Positions 1 to 13,125 of a stretch of 64,000 bases of DNA are shown in pieces. Origin of the DNA: Podarcis pityusensis. Its lineage: Eukaryota. The number at the start of each line of letters is the position of its first letter. Position 1 is the first letter of the stretch. The stretch lies in the NCBI GenBank assembly GCA_964106645.2, contig OZ067044.1; one strand, written 5' to 3'. The notes below the pieces were generated by a model that made no database searches, had not been told where the DNA came from, and was given only the letters and a program-made list of their open reading frames with translations. A program made the translations under genes and the position numbers.

Positions 1-603
1 ACAGACCTTCCTGAATAACCCCATGAGAAGCAGGAATTAGTTAAACATTACCATTCCTGTCAACATGTTCTTTTGCCTAAAGATCCCAGTTGCCTTCCTG
101 ATTACACTTAGATTTTTCAATGTATGAAAGAAATCCATACTTCCAAAAATTACTTAGAATGGGGTTTCACAAAGGCGGCACATGATGAGAACAAGCTGAA
201 GGAAATTACAATGGATTGGCAGGCCTACCCATCTGACTGAGAACATAAGAATGAGAAACGCAGTGACAATAGAGCAACAGAAGATAGCAGACATAAACAC
301 ATTACAGCAGGATGGTACCCTCCTGATATATTGGAATCACAGTACCTAGGACAACACTGAATCTCTACAAACCAAGTCCAAATAGGAACAGAGGAACTGC
401 TATGGAACAGTGCAGCAGGCAGTGTCCACACAGAAGAACACTGTGCAAACTCAACTTTTCTATGCATGACACGTGTTTGCAAAGTATTGTTTCTTGCATT
501 TCTGGTTTAACACTAAAGCACCGAACCTACTACTAATATTTGTTGTGTTCACTTATCACCAGAGATGTGCTAGGCAGTGTAAAAAGGAAAACTAGTAGCT
601 TTA

Positions 604-1003
604 AAGAAGGCTGATCGCCGAAGAATTGATGCTTTTGAATTATGGTGCTGGAGGAGACTCTTGAGAGTCTCATGGACTGCAAGAAGATCAAACCTATCCA
701 TTCTTAAGGAAATCAGCCCTGAGTGCTCACTGGAAGGACAGATCGTGAAGCTGAGGCTCCAATACTTTGGCCACCACATGAGAAGAGAAGACTCCCTGGA
801 AAAGACCCTGATGCTGGGAAAGATGGAGGGCACAAGGAGAAGGGGACGACAGAGGACGAGATGGTTGGATAGAGTTCTCGATGCTACCAGCATGAGTTTG
901 ACCAAACTGCGGGAGGCAGTGGAAGACGGAAGTGCCTGGCGTGCTCTGGTCCATGGGGTCACGAAGAGTCGGACATGACTAAACGACTAAACAACAACAA
1001 CAA
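604..1003 (+). mobile_element. 5'-truncated Bov-B (RTE clade) LINE, 3' end
   Basis: RRIDAFELWCWRRLLRVSWTARRSNLSILKEI...LEKTLMLGKMEG ORF end; 3' terminus CATGGGGTCACGAAGAGTCGGACATGACT plus (CAA)n tail; 10-bp TSD agtagcttta at 594-603 and 1004-1013. Confidence 0.93.
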
Positions 1004-2749
1004 AGTAGCTTTAGGGCATTCAATTGGGGAATCATTTCAGCCAACAAGAAAGCACTACTTTTGAAGACAAAGGAGAAGAATCATTCAGTTTGTCTTTATT
1101 TCAGCTGTAGTTCTCCTATTATAAGTACGAGATCAACGGTAAAAATTCTCATCTTTTAAAAAACTTAAACTCCTAGAAGGCCAAAAAATGAGGCCTAAAT
1201 ATAAAAAGGAAATTGATATGAGGAATTAGGCCTGATTCAGAAACCACTGTAGTATAAGCTACTATCGAGTAAGATGAAAAAGAGCTGTCAGAAACATGTA
1301 AGGCAGGAGCAGGGGGAGTCCAGACTGGCCACTTGCACATCCACAAAAAGAAAGGGGGAAAAGAGGAGAATGTTTTTAATAAATTTGTATATGCATAGCT
1401 GTAAATTTAGGAGTGATTACTATACATTTCACAGCAGTGAGAAAGAATGTGATCAGGTGTCCCAGTTGTTATATAACATTAATCTCAATATTATATGTGC
1501 ATTTGAACTTCCTTCTATTTTTCAAAGACCAGTTAAGTTTTATTCATTTCACAACCTAATAACATCCATTAGTGTGCAGTGTTAACATTAAGAAGCACAT
1601 TAACTACATAGCAATAGAATTACGATAAAGATAAAACCTATTATTTAAAAAAAAATCTACTGCAATACCATACTTGCACACAGAAATCTGCTGCTGGGTT
1701 ATAAGTGCTCCACTCAAGTCCCTTGATTGGAATTTGGAAATTATTCAGATTATTGCAGAGGGTAAATCCAACCATCTTGCACCTCCCATTGAAATACATG
1801 GGGGCTATGAAGGAGCATGCTTAGTAGACGTTAGTTCAAGTAATGTATACTCAAGGTCAAATTATGTAAAACCCAAGTGTTCTCTGTGTCACATATGATT
1901 CTGTAAAACAAACACTGTGCAGCAGCAGGGTTTGAGAGTGAAAAGGCAAATTCATTTTAATGAGCTGAGGTTGAAGGTTTGTGTTTTACCATTAAAATAT
2001 TCCTTTGATCTTTGCCATGAAGAACAAACAATTCCTGTGCTTTCATCCGTAAAGAACTGACTTGACTTCTACCGAGCTGAGGTTGTGATCTTTCATTTCA
2101 AAAGAGAAATGTGACTGCACTGTCACACAGTCACAGAACATAACAGCACTGCCTCAGAAGACTCGGGACAGTTATGGCTCTAGAGGAGCTCTGAAAAATA
2201 AACCGACTAGTCACGAAGTTCTGCAGACCCAGGTACCATGCAGTGTGCGCAGAGATGCCACAAAACCATTCCTGAAGCCTCAGGCAGACTCCAAGAGGTC
2301 TCCTCTCTCACACCTCATGAGGTGCTTACAGGATTAAGATGCATCCTGGTGCTTTTTTCGGCACTGAAATATGGCTTCTGAACAAGAAGTCTAAGGAATT
2401 ATGTGAGCCAGCTTTTGAGCACTTGCCGCTGAAGCTCTTTCACAGTCTAAAGAGGATCAGAGGTGAGATAAACATATTCCCTCCATGTAGACAAAAGAAG
2501 TGTGGAGAATACTGTAGCTCCCCCACTTTTCCACTAGGTGCTAAATGCACAGACAACATAAGAATTAGGAATGGGTTGGTGAGAGAGGTTAAAGAGAGGG
2601 GGTCAAAGGAGAAAGGAAGCTAGCCTATTCCACCATTTTGTAAAATGCCTTAATTGTATTCTAGATGATGCCTAGTAATATCTTTCAACTGAGGCTTATA
2701 CATCTGAATTATAATATTTATATCCCACTTTTGAACAGAACAGAAACTG

Positions 2750-3060
2750 GCTACTGCCCAGCATTCTCCTGGCCTGAGCTGACAAAGCTGCTCTCAGAGG
2801 TGTTGAGGACTCCCAGGCTGCTGGTTCTGGGGGACTTCAACATTCACGGCAAGATGATTGGCTTTGGGATGGCTTAGGACTTCATGGCTACCATGATGAC
2901 CACAAGGTTGTCCCAACATGTCACCAGCCCAACGCATGTGGCAGTCCACACTCTGGACCTTGCTTTCTCAACTGGGCAGGAGAGGGTGATCTGAAAGTTG
3001 GGGATATTGACATCAGTTCCTTGTCATTGTCAGATCACTTCCTGTTGAGATTTAGATTCA
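2750..3060 (+). mobile_element. Degenerate LINE (probably L2 clade) APE endonuclease fragment
   Basis: LLVLGDFNIH, PTH..HTLDL and SDH motifs of the LINE endonuclease, interrupted by stops and frameshifts. Confidence 0.75.
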
Positions 3061-3508
3061 TGCCTTGCACTCTGTCCTCTATGTCACCGGTCACTCAACA
3101 ACTTACATACATTTTTCTCTGCCTTCATCAAATATAATTTATGAATGGGATGCTTTGCAAAAAAAGCCAACAGATCTGATAACATCTCTGCAAGCCCCAA
3201 AATATGAATTTTATTTCTTTCATTGTTTATCCTCTCTCCTTTTTTTCCATCCAAAAAACTCCCACTGGAGAAACTCACAGGTTATGAGAAAGAAAAACAA
3301 GTTAATAACGAGGGTTATATTTTCTATACTTAATTCACCTTGAGGCAGTTAATAAGACCAGAATCAGTTCCCAATAGAGAAATCATGGTTAATTCATAAG
3401 GATATATTAACTATTATTATAGACAACACAGCATCTTTAGCAGTAACAATGTCCAACACTGAAATCTGACTTATGTTGCTGTACAGTAATAAAGAATGGC
3501 AACATTAT

Positions 3509-3764
3509 GAAGAAGAAGAGAAGAAGAGGAGTTTGGATTTGATATCCCGCTTTATCACTACCGAAAGGAGTCTCAAAGCAGATAACATTCTCCTTTCCCT
3601 TCCTCCCCCACAACAAACACTCTGTGAGGTGAGTGGGGCTGAGAGACTTCAGAGAAGTGTGACTAGCCCAAGGTCACCCAGCAGCTGCATGTGGAGGAGC
3701 GGAGACGCGAACCCAGTTCACCAGATTACGAGTCTACCGCTCTTAACCACTACACCACAGCTGC
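3509..3764 (-). mobile_element. tRNA-derived SINE, Squam3-like
   Basis: Minus-strand head TGGTGTAGTGGTTAAGAGCGGTAGACTCGTAATCTGGTGAACTGGGTTCG (A/B boxes), body GGGTGACCTTGGGCTAGTCAC, (CTT)n tail. Confidence 0.85.
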
Positions 3765-3917
3765 TTCACTGTATCTTCTAGATGGTTTTGTTTTATACCT
3801 GTTTGTATGCAAACTTTATATAATGTGTACCTCTGCATTATTAAAATATTGTTTTTAATAACTGAACTTTAATTCTAATTATTTTCTGCATATTTCTTAT
3901 TTAAAATAAAATACCAG

Positions 3918-4340
3918 TACAGGTGCCTTGCATCTTATGTGAGGGTTAGGTTCTGGGGGTAGACATGTATATATCCCCAGAACCAGCCCCCTGCAAGGTG
4001 GAGGACTGCATGCCCAGCTTTGGGAAGGCGGAACAAGGGCTACGGAAGGGTCCTAGAGTCCTCCCTCCTCCCCCCCAATGCCTGATAAATACTTGCCTGG
4101 CTTTGAGAAGGAGGCACAAGGACTCTAGGACCCTGCCATGATGGGGTGTGGATGCTGCCAGAGTCCTTGCACCACCTTTCCAAAGCCAGGTAAGTCAGCA
4201 AATGCAAATTTGTGCAGGTGTGGGCACACTCTTCTAACCACTTTCTACTCTCAGAATTTGCGACCTGAGGCAGCTGCCTCACTCTGCCTCATGGCAGGGC
4301 CTGGCCCTGAGCAGGGTGATATAAAGAGTGTGGTACTGAG
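3918..4340. mobile_element. Old composite of non-autonomous DNA transposon fragments (Tigger-like end and hAT-like end)
   Basis: TACAGGTGCC...GGGTTAGGTTC start; hAT-like end TGCCTCATGGCAGGGCCTGGCCCTG near 4285-4309; several internal inverted repeats. Confidence 0.4.
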
Positions 4341-6525
4341 TGTCAACTTTAGCATATTATCTTGCATTTAAAATTCAAGACCACAATCTTCTTTCTTATC
4401 CATAATTCTTAGGAGGCACCAGCTTTCCTGAACTATTTGGTAAGGAAGAAAAAGGCCTTCAGAACCATAGCAGCTTGTAATTATTTAATGGTAGGGGTGG
4501 ATGGATCGGTCTATGTCAGTTTCGCATGTGTTCAAGCATAGGTTCCTTCCATTTCCTCATTTTTTTAAATGCACACAAATGCAGTATTTTTCACTAAAAT
4601 GCACAATTTGATATATTTTCAGCTAACATTTACACATATTCCCCCCCAAAATACACATTTTGTTCTATTTTTATACCATAATCCAAATAAAAACCCTGTA
4701 TTTTAATCTATGTATTAGTCCAAAGAATATGAATTAGGTCTGTTTGCTTAGAAAAGTAAACTGAATGAAATTCATTACCAACCCATTAACTCATTCCATC
4801 TTGATCAGTTTGAAGCAGTATCAAATTGCAACTGCTGGGTGCCATTTGGTAGGGAGTCTTGCCTGTAAAAAATGTCTCAACATGCCTGTGATCTATCACA
4901 GTATCTTGCAGGATCATACCCCCCCCCCTTTTTGCACAGAATCATTAAGGAATCCAGCACATCTTAGAACCAATAAATCAAGGCTCTAGGTATGTTAAAA
5001 TTAAGGCCATTAAGTCATCATGGGAGAGAGCGTGCAGAATAGCCAACCTGGGTTTGTTTGTTCTCGCTCTGTCAGCAACTGGTTTTTCCAATTTCTCGAT
5101 AGCTTCCTAGGGCAGCATTTATTTTGTCCCAAACTACACGACTTAATTATAATGAAGACTATGCCAAATGTCTTCAAGTAAACCTGATAAATATTTACCC
5201 TAAAATAAACCCTGTCAGGATTAGTTTGACTAAGATTAGACCTGGTGATTTTTGTTTTAGCTGGCAGGAAGATGTGTAGATTGCACCTTCTACTCTCTTT
5301 TGTTATATGTTATGTTCCAAAGATTTTGAAGCAAGAAAGAAGACAGGCAGGAAAGGCAGAGAAATCTGTATTGGATCTTACTGGTTGCTCAGCTTAAAAA
5401 CAGTTTCAGATGGTTTTTTTGGATGTTTGGGGAGGAAATCTCGCCAAAGCACTACATCATTTGCATTACCTCCCGAAGTAGCTCAGTTGAAATGATGCAG
5501 CTTCCATCCCCCAAAACTCAGTCTTCCACATTTATTTATTTTATTTACAGTTTGACTGTGCTTCACCCCAACCAACGGAGTTGTGTCACAGTCAAGGTAC
5601 TACTGAGTGCTATTTACACCTAGTTGTGTTAAGGTATTTTTTTTTGGAAGGTACGTACAAATTCTATTTTTCTGCCTTTGAAATTTAGCATTTAAACTTC
5701 TACAAATGTCTTTGGAACTGGAAAAGAAAGATGCCTTCATGAACATAAACAGGTAAAACTCCCAGGTGACTTGTTGCGCAGGATCCAAAAAGTGCAATGC
5801 TCTGATGCACAGCAATTTAATGTTTATTCCTAGCTTTGTCAGAGTGCTTATAATTTGGGGTTTCCCCCACCCTAGCTAAAGTACTAGTAAAGCCAGACAC
5901 CTGAAACTTAAAGAGCATAATTATTTTGATAATTCTTATCTTTACACACCAGTTTATATATTTTTTTAATTGAGACATCTCATAAATGTTGCGGAATACA
6001 GTACTGTGGCTTTCACTTGATGGAATCTATGCCTGAGGTAATAAAGCAAGCAGGTTTACATAAAAGCTTAACTTCGTGTTATGTATTAGATCACCAGCAG
6101 CATCAAGCTATATTGCACTGTAGAGGGTTGAAAGCATTTCATATACTTCCAGATTTATGCTGTCCACAGCAAACAAGGGGTTGGAGCCAAATGTTTTGCT
6201 CCAAGTCCTGGAATGATCCTTTTCGTGAACAGAAACTCCTTCTGTGAGTGGAATGGAGTTCTGTATCAAATCCATAGTGTTCTGTGGGTGGCCTGCACAT
6301 TGACAAAGTCAGACAACCACAAGCCAGATGTCAACCATGGTGATCACTTCTAATCCCAATACACAAGCAGGACTACCACTGGGCAGGGGAGTGTGAAATG
6401 GAAGGACAGCAACCAATATATTGTCCTCATGTGCCAACTACCACCTTTCAGAAGAATCCATTCTCTATCACTCTGACTCTGATCGCTAGCTGGAAAACGG
6501 GAAAAGCACTATCCTAGACACAAGT

Positions 6526-6887
6526 GGGAAGCGGGTGGCGCTGTGGGTAAAACCTCAGCGCCTAGGACTTGCCGATCGCATGGTTGGCGGTTCGAATCCC
6601 CGCGGCGGGGTGCGCTCCCGTCGTTCGGTCCCAGCACCTGCCAACCTAGCAGTTCGAAAGCACCCCCGGGTGCAAGTAGATAAATAGGGACCGCTTACCA
6701 GCGGGAAGGTAAACGACGTTCCGTGTGCTGTGCTGGCTCTCCAGATGCAGCTTGTCACGCTGGCCACATGACCCGGAAGTGTCTGCGGACAGCGCTGGCT
6801 CCTGGCCTATAGAGTGAGATGAGCGCACAACCCTAGAGTCAAGCAAGACTGGCCCGTACGGGCAGGGGTACCTTTACCTTTACCTTT
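6526..6887 (+). mobile_element. Full-length Sauria SINE (POM/Squam1 type; Bov-B-related tail)
   Basis: tRNA-like head GGTGGCGCTGTGGG...GGTTCGAATCCC, body CTAGCAGTTCGAAAGC...GCTGGCCACATGACCCGGAAG, (ACCTTT)n tail; TSD tagacacaagt at 6515-6525 and 6888-6898; CpG-rich, so probably young. Confidence 0.93.
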
Positions 6888-6900
6888 TAGACACAAGTCT

Positions 6901-7103
6901 AGGATAGACTTTCCCTGATGTTGGAAAAGATGGAGGGCACAAGGAGAAGTGTATGACAGAGGACGAGATGGTTAGACAGTGTTCTCGAAGCTACCAGCAT
7001 GAGTTTGACCAAACTGGGGGAGGCAGTGGAAGACAGAAGTGCTTGGTGTGCTCTGGTCCATGGGGTCACGAAGAGTCGGACACGACTAAACAACAACAAC
7101 AAC
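6901..7103 (+). mobile_element. Short 5'-truncated Bov-B LINE 3' end
   Basis: Closely similar to about 806-1003, (CAA)n tail; 12-bp TSD agacacaagtct at 6889-6900 and 7104-7115. Confidence 0.92.
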
Positions 7104-10100
7104 AGACACAAGTCTGGTGTAAGAACCAATCAAATCACGATGAATAAAGCACAGTGCATAGCACAGTATGTTACTTAAAAACAAGAATGAAGGATTAAAG
7201 ACACCAAGGAACATCTATGCAATACTGTATTTCTAAATATCAGAAGCTAATTGCTCCAGAGACACCGTTCTGCAGTTTTTAAAAGCTTACTATGACTTCT
7301 TTGGGGTGAACTGATATGTGGGGCAGGGTTAGGTTGTTAGTCTTTTAAGGCAAGATTCACCTAACGAGCCCCATCAGCAGAAGCCCTGCAGAAGGACTTC
7401 TGCTTCTGAGATGGGGCTTCTCCACCTGCCATTCCCCAGAGCCCCCAAAACTGACTCAGGGGTGGTGTCAGGAGAACCCACAAAGCAGCATACAGGGGGA
7501 GGAGAGGAGGGATTGTTCCGGCTGGCAAGCTAAAATGCTTGCACAGACAGAATCTTCCATAGCATGACACTGAATTACACCCCGAGTCTCTCTTTTTTAA
7601 TAGTCTGTGCTGTCATATCTAGATGTTTCATCAGCACAATGGCAGCATTAAAAAAAATCTGCCACTCTGCTGGTGTAACTTGCTCCTTCAATCAAACTTG
7701 ATCATATGCTGACACAGTAATTTTAAGGAACTAACATCTATTAAAATATTTGGTTTTAAATAGGAGGCTTTAATGATAAAGTAACAGTACCCATCATATT
7801 CATAAAGTGAATGTGAAAATTAAATTCATGTATTTGATGATACTAATATCTAAGAACAAATAGTACATATTTGAAACAGAGCTGATGAATCTTTTTAAAG
7901 AGATTTAAAATCATATTCACAATTTTGAAGTGGTTTTATAAAAAAGCCACAATTTTGTGGTTTTACAAAAAACGCAAAGCAAATAATTTTGAACTCCAAA
8001 GGCCATTTTTAAGTGGCCTAAAATGTAATCTGAAACCTAATATTAATTATACACCCAGTCATTTTGATGTGCTCAGATTCATTTATAATCTCTTGTGTTA
8101 GAAATGGAAGAAAACTGACAGCACAATCCTACACATATCTACTCAGATGCAAAGTCCACATCTGGGACTTTCCCCCATATAAGTGTGTAGAGGATTTCAG
8201 CCTGAATGAAACATAATTGAGTTGCTGAACTACTGTGAAATATACACACATGAATGGATCACTCTCTCTATAGGCTGCATAAGTAATTTCATATGTAACC
8301 AATTTTTATCTATCAATATAAATGTTTTTAATGTGATATACTGAAATTAACACTCCTAGACATTGACACGCACAGACATTAAACAGTAATGCATATATTT
8401 TCTTGGTTTTCTTTCTCTGGCTTATGATTAATGCAGCCTATCAGAAGCCAGATGGTGCAAAACCAAAACCATCAATCAAAGTGAAAAGACCACTGAGTAC
8501 TATTCCACAATGATGTGCTTGCAAATGGAAATTTTGTTCATAGACCCTTGGCTATGATATGCATAGAAAACCATAAACAGGCTTACACTGTCACCAAAGA
8601 ACTAGCAGAGATGGCCTGTGCTTTGTTAGCTAAAAGCTGGAAAGGCAATGGTCGTTGCTGTGAGGGGGTAAGCTTGCATAAGCCTAAATGCTACTTAGCT
8701 TAAAACAAAGTTAAAAGTGAGTTTCAAAATTATTTTAATAATCTTTGCATTGATGACAGTATCTATCAAACTGTCCATTTGCCACTGATTTAATATGGAT
8801 AATGCCACACATTAAGAAGCAGCTGCCACTGTCTGCCTGACACATGAATTGGCATTTAATGACTCGTCCCGCACAAGCTTTTTAAATACAGTAATCTCAA
8901 ATGTCTTCGTTTTACAATGCATCCCCCCCTCTCTCTAAAGTTCCAAAGGAAAAACAAATGCTCATTCCTTATAAAGTCAACTATGATGCCTGGTTCTTGA
9001 TTCATTTCTCTTAGTAAATTTTGCACACACATAATTTAACATACATGAGAGCTACCACTGAATCTCACAAACAGTATTTTCTCTCTCTCCACACAGTGTT
9101 TGTGTGTGAAGATGCAAAATAAATCCAATGCCTCTCTGTGATCTCATACTCACACATGACAACACTTTTATAAATATCTGTATTGCTATTCACGACATCA
9201 TCTCTACATTCTATATATTCCATACTTTTCAACCCAACTATTTCGCAAGGTATTAATGTCCTGTTGTAATTTTTTTTTTAACCTGGTGATGCTGAACAAG
9301 TAGCAGTGAATTCAACAAGCTGCCTACAGTGGAATAATTCTACTAAAGTAAATAGAACATATTTAGGTTATATTGTTGGTAAAATTAATTTCACTTAGGC
9401 TTACATTGCTTTGAGGATCCATAGCTTATATAAAGTTATATAAGCTATTGTGGTCTCTGGGTAGTCCCACACATAGGTGACTCGTAAGCTACATACTTGG
9501 TGGTGTGCAGATTTCTTCAGGAGAAAAGCTTTTGAAGAACAGAAAGGCTTGAGCACATCGTCCAGAGCCTACTGTCACAAAGACAGGACTGGATCAAGTG
9601 ACAGCTTTGCTTCATCTGCTTATTTTCTCCTGAATTATATTATAATGCTGTGGTTTTAATTGCTTATACTGAAAACCAGGAAATAAATATTATAAATACA
9701 TGCAGAATTCTGGAAAAGGGCAAAAGTAGGAACGATTCTTAACGTCAGCAAGGTGTGGCCTACTAAATTTATACTACTCTGCAATTTACAGACACCAGCC
9801 ATGTGGAAGGATCTGTGATGGAGAGCTTGCTGTTCTCAAGAGGAGGGGAACAGGAAACCATTTCCCTTCGAAAAGCTCTTCTTTCTCAGTTTTGTGCAGA
9901 CACCAAATCCATTTGTGGGACATCACAAAAACATAGGAAAAGCATTTTGCAAATGTTAAGCACAACTGAGGAAAAATGTACTAGATTGCTCATAGATGTG
10001 CATCTCTGTTACTGCCTGAAATGAGGGGGCAGGGAGGAAGAGAGGCCCAACGCTATACTTCACCCAATAATTAGTAAACATCCCTCTGTTAAGGAAACCT

Positions 10101-11199
10101 CTGCCCTCTTTAAAAATAAAGTATCAAATACAAAAGTTTCTACAGTTTGTTCCAAGTTTCTTTGTTTGTTCATATAACTTTTGTCAGATTACTAAACAAT
10201 TAGCCAAAATACACATTTAGGTGAAAAAACTCAAGCCCACACAATTATGGTTATTTCTAAGCTATTTAGTTGAAAGTAGTTTGTGTATTCAATATGTTTG
10301 GCAATGCTGCAATCTTGCAAGTACCTAAGATGACTCTTTGATTTGATAAACTATCCCTGAACAACAGCATGATGCGCATACAGGTGAAGGACCAAAACCA
10401 CACACCCTAAATTCTTCTATTAAGCTAATCTATTATCTTTATCAACACATTCTGCCCAATCTGCTTTTCTAAAATAGACACTCAGAAGCAAGATAACACC
10501 TCATCAGCTATTTTATATTCCAGGAGTTCAAGGGGCATGACTGAGAGCCTTCTAAGTTCCAGGGGTTGCCCTTGGGATAGACACATCTGTAAAGAAACAG
10601 AAGTAAAGAAGTGCCATGCATTAAAAATGAAAATGAGAAAATATACTCCGATCAACTCTTGATCTTTTAATGTGTTCTTGTTACGTTGCTCAGGATACAA
10701 TAAGACATTTGGGAATTTTATTTCTCTTAGGACTGCAAAACCAAGCAAACTTGGACTAGCCCTGCAAAAAAGGCCCAAGAAGCACTAGCCAAAACAATAT
10801 AATGGTGCATGTTCACCTGGATTGTATTTTATAAAGATGCAATCTCCCATCTGGGCAGTTTTTCTGTTTTCCTGCCAAAGCACTGTCCCAAAGATGCAAG
10901 CCACAGAGGTTATCTCAACCCTAGTATATTATGTCTTAATGCCTTTAAGAAAATGTTTCCTTGCAACATATTAGGAGGCTGTAATAAATTTCTTATTTCA
11001 GTAAGAATGCCTTTGTGAACAGACTACTTCACTGCCTGATAAAAAGAACTGGCTCCTATAACATTTCTCATTCTCTTGATATAAAACAAAAAAGCTCTTA
11101 TCACATGCAACACATGAAAATGTCTTTTGAACTAGAACAGAAGATACCGAGAAAACAAAATAGCTCAAGAACAACTTGACATGGACTTCTAACAACATA

Positions 11200-11805
11200 A
11201 AGGGGTAATGCTGGACTGCATCTGAAAGGAATCATAATGCCGAAGGTGAGGTGGAAAGCGATGTGCTTGGGCACACAATTCTGTATAGTCTTGGTAATGT
11301 TCAGGGGTGTATGGGATGTCAGGTAGCCAGTGGGTCTGAGCAGATAAGACCAATAGTGGGCCCTGTGATCAGGAAGGTGGTTCTTGCGTGTGCTGTAGAG
11401 GAAAATGAGGGGCAGGTGGGACTTATCAACCTGGGAAGGTAGCCCATGTAGAAGAAGGAAAACTCTTATCTTAAACCTCCACTGCCTTGTAAGATATCTT
11501 TGGGAGAAGAAATGGCTAAGGAGTAAACCCTACACAAATCTGGAGTCTCTAAGATGGTTGGATGGCACCTTGTACACCTCCTTCCTGCAGCCAAGCTGGT
11601 GCCAAACATATTGCTCTGCTTTTCTATGGACCATATCAGTAAGGCCAAGAGGGAGGTCTTGTTGACTGGGCAGTCCGGGACCTCCATACACACTGCCCAG
11701 CCGTGCACCCCGGAGAGGTCACTTTAGTGCTGCTAATGCAGTGGTTTGATTTCACCTTCGGAGGCACACTCCACTGTCTCTCGAGACAAGACAGATGCCA
11801 ACAAT
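11200..11805 (+). mobile_element. Probable non-autonomous non-LTR element (RTE/Vingi-like 5'-UTR motif), unclassified
   Basis: Contains AACCTGGGAAGGTAGCCCATGTAGAAGAAGGAAAACTC..TAAACCTCC, resembling the conserved 5'-UTR motif of RTE/Ingi-Vingi elements. Ends in GATGCCAACAATAACA (CAA-type tail), GC content is higher than the flanks, and there is no tRNA head. Boundaries are approximate. Confidence 0.5.
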
Positions 11806-11965
11806 AACATGGGTCATGTCCATCTTAAGGAGTGCCTTTACCTTGGTCAGTTTCATGGAAACTGACATCAGTTCCCTGGTGAAGGATCCTTATTCATATT
11901 ACTTGCTAGAAAGACCAAGGAGAGAAATGAATATAATGCTCTCAAGCTAATGAAACAATGAAATA

Positions 11966-12324
11966 CAGTGGTGCCCCGCAAGACGAATGCCTCGCAAGAC
12001 GGAAAACCCGCTAGACGAAAGGGTTTTCCGTTTTTGAGTTGCTTCGCAGGGCGAATTTCCCTATGGGCTTGCTTCGCAAGACGAAAATGTCTTGCGAGTC
12101 TAGAGATTTTTTTTTCGCTTTCCCCCCCCCTTTATCTAATCTGCTAAGCCTTTAATAGCCTTTAATAGCCTTTTAGCAGCTAATCCCCTAAGCCTTTAAT
12201 AGCCGCTAAACCGCTAATAGCGCTAATCCGTTAAGCCGCTAATAGGGTTGCTTCGCAAGACGAAAAAACCGCTAGACGAAGACTCTCGCGGAACGGATTA
12301 ATTTCGTCTTGCGAGGCACCACTG
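11966..12324. mobile_element. Tc1/mariner (pogo/Tigger-like) MITE, copy 1
   Basis: TIRs CAGTGGTGCCCCGCAAGACGAA / TTCGTCTTGCGAGGCACCACTG, TA TSD at 11964-11965 and 12325-12326, repeated subterminal CGC(A/T)AGACGAA motifs. Confidence 0.92.
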
Positions 12325-12864
12325 TACTATCTTAAACCCAATATTGGTTTTATAAGCAGAGAAAATCTGATCAGAGCCTTTGTAGCTTAAATGAAATATA
12401 TCTTGTTTTAGATCCTCAACCTCAACCTCAACCTTCAATCAGCTGAAGAAAATTCTCAATTTAGAACTATTCCACATCATGCAGAAATACTTCAAAAATG
12501 CTGAAAGAAGTCTCATCAGTTTTAGTCAATTGTCAGCTATGACATCTGTTTCTCTACAGGGTTTTCAACAGGCTCCTGGAGCTTGAGTTAACCTCTGCCT
12601 TTTTTTGTTTGTTTTAAGACAACCACTGTGCCCCTGAAGAACGTCCTCTGAACTCTTAACAATAAAGATATACCGCAAGAATCAGAAAAGCAAAATCACA
12701 AAATTATTCACAAAGCCAGGGACCAAAAAAAGGAGAGGAAAATGTCTATCACCCATGAAGTGCTTTCAGATGTCACAAAAAATAACAAAGAAGCTCCACG
12801 GTCAGTAAAGAGACAGCTTCCCACCGTCCTAATCCTGAGCCATTACTAAAAATAAGGGTCTATG

Positions 12865-13125
12865 CTTATTATTATTTGTTAAATTTACACCCCTCCTTTC
12901 CAACCAATGCTCAAAGTAGCTAACTATGCAAATGCAATTAAATATAATAAACACAATTTAGTACAAAGAAGATAGCTAAAACAGTAACACAACCACCAGT
13001 TAAAACCAACACCTAGCAGCCAAATGTCTGCCTAAAAATGTTTTTGTCTGCTAGCAGAAGGCTGTCAGTGATGGCAAGTAGTTCCAAAGTCTGGGGGCCG
13101 CTATCAAGAAGGCATTTGCTCCTAA
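12865..13125 (-). mobile_element. Degenerate L2 LINE 3' end
   Basis: Minus-strand AFLIAAPRLWNYLP (L2 ORF2 C-terminal motif), followed by an AT-rich UTR and short (TAA)n tail. Confidence 0.65.

Noticed and set aside
11966-12324. Repeated CGCAAGACGAA motifs as a CRISPR-like array
   Set aside because: Vertebrate DNA, irregular spacing, bounded by TIRs and a TA TSD; these are subterminal transposon repeats.
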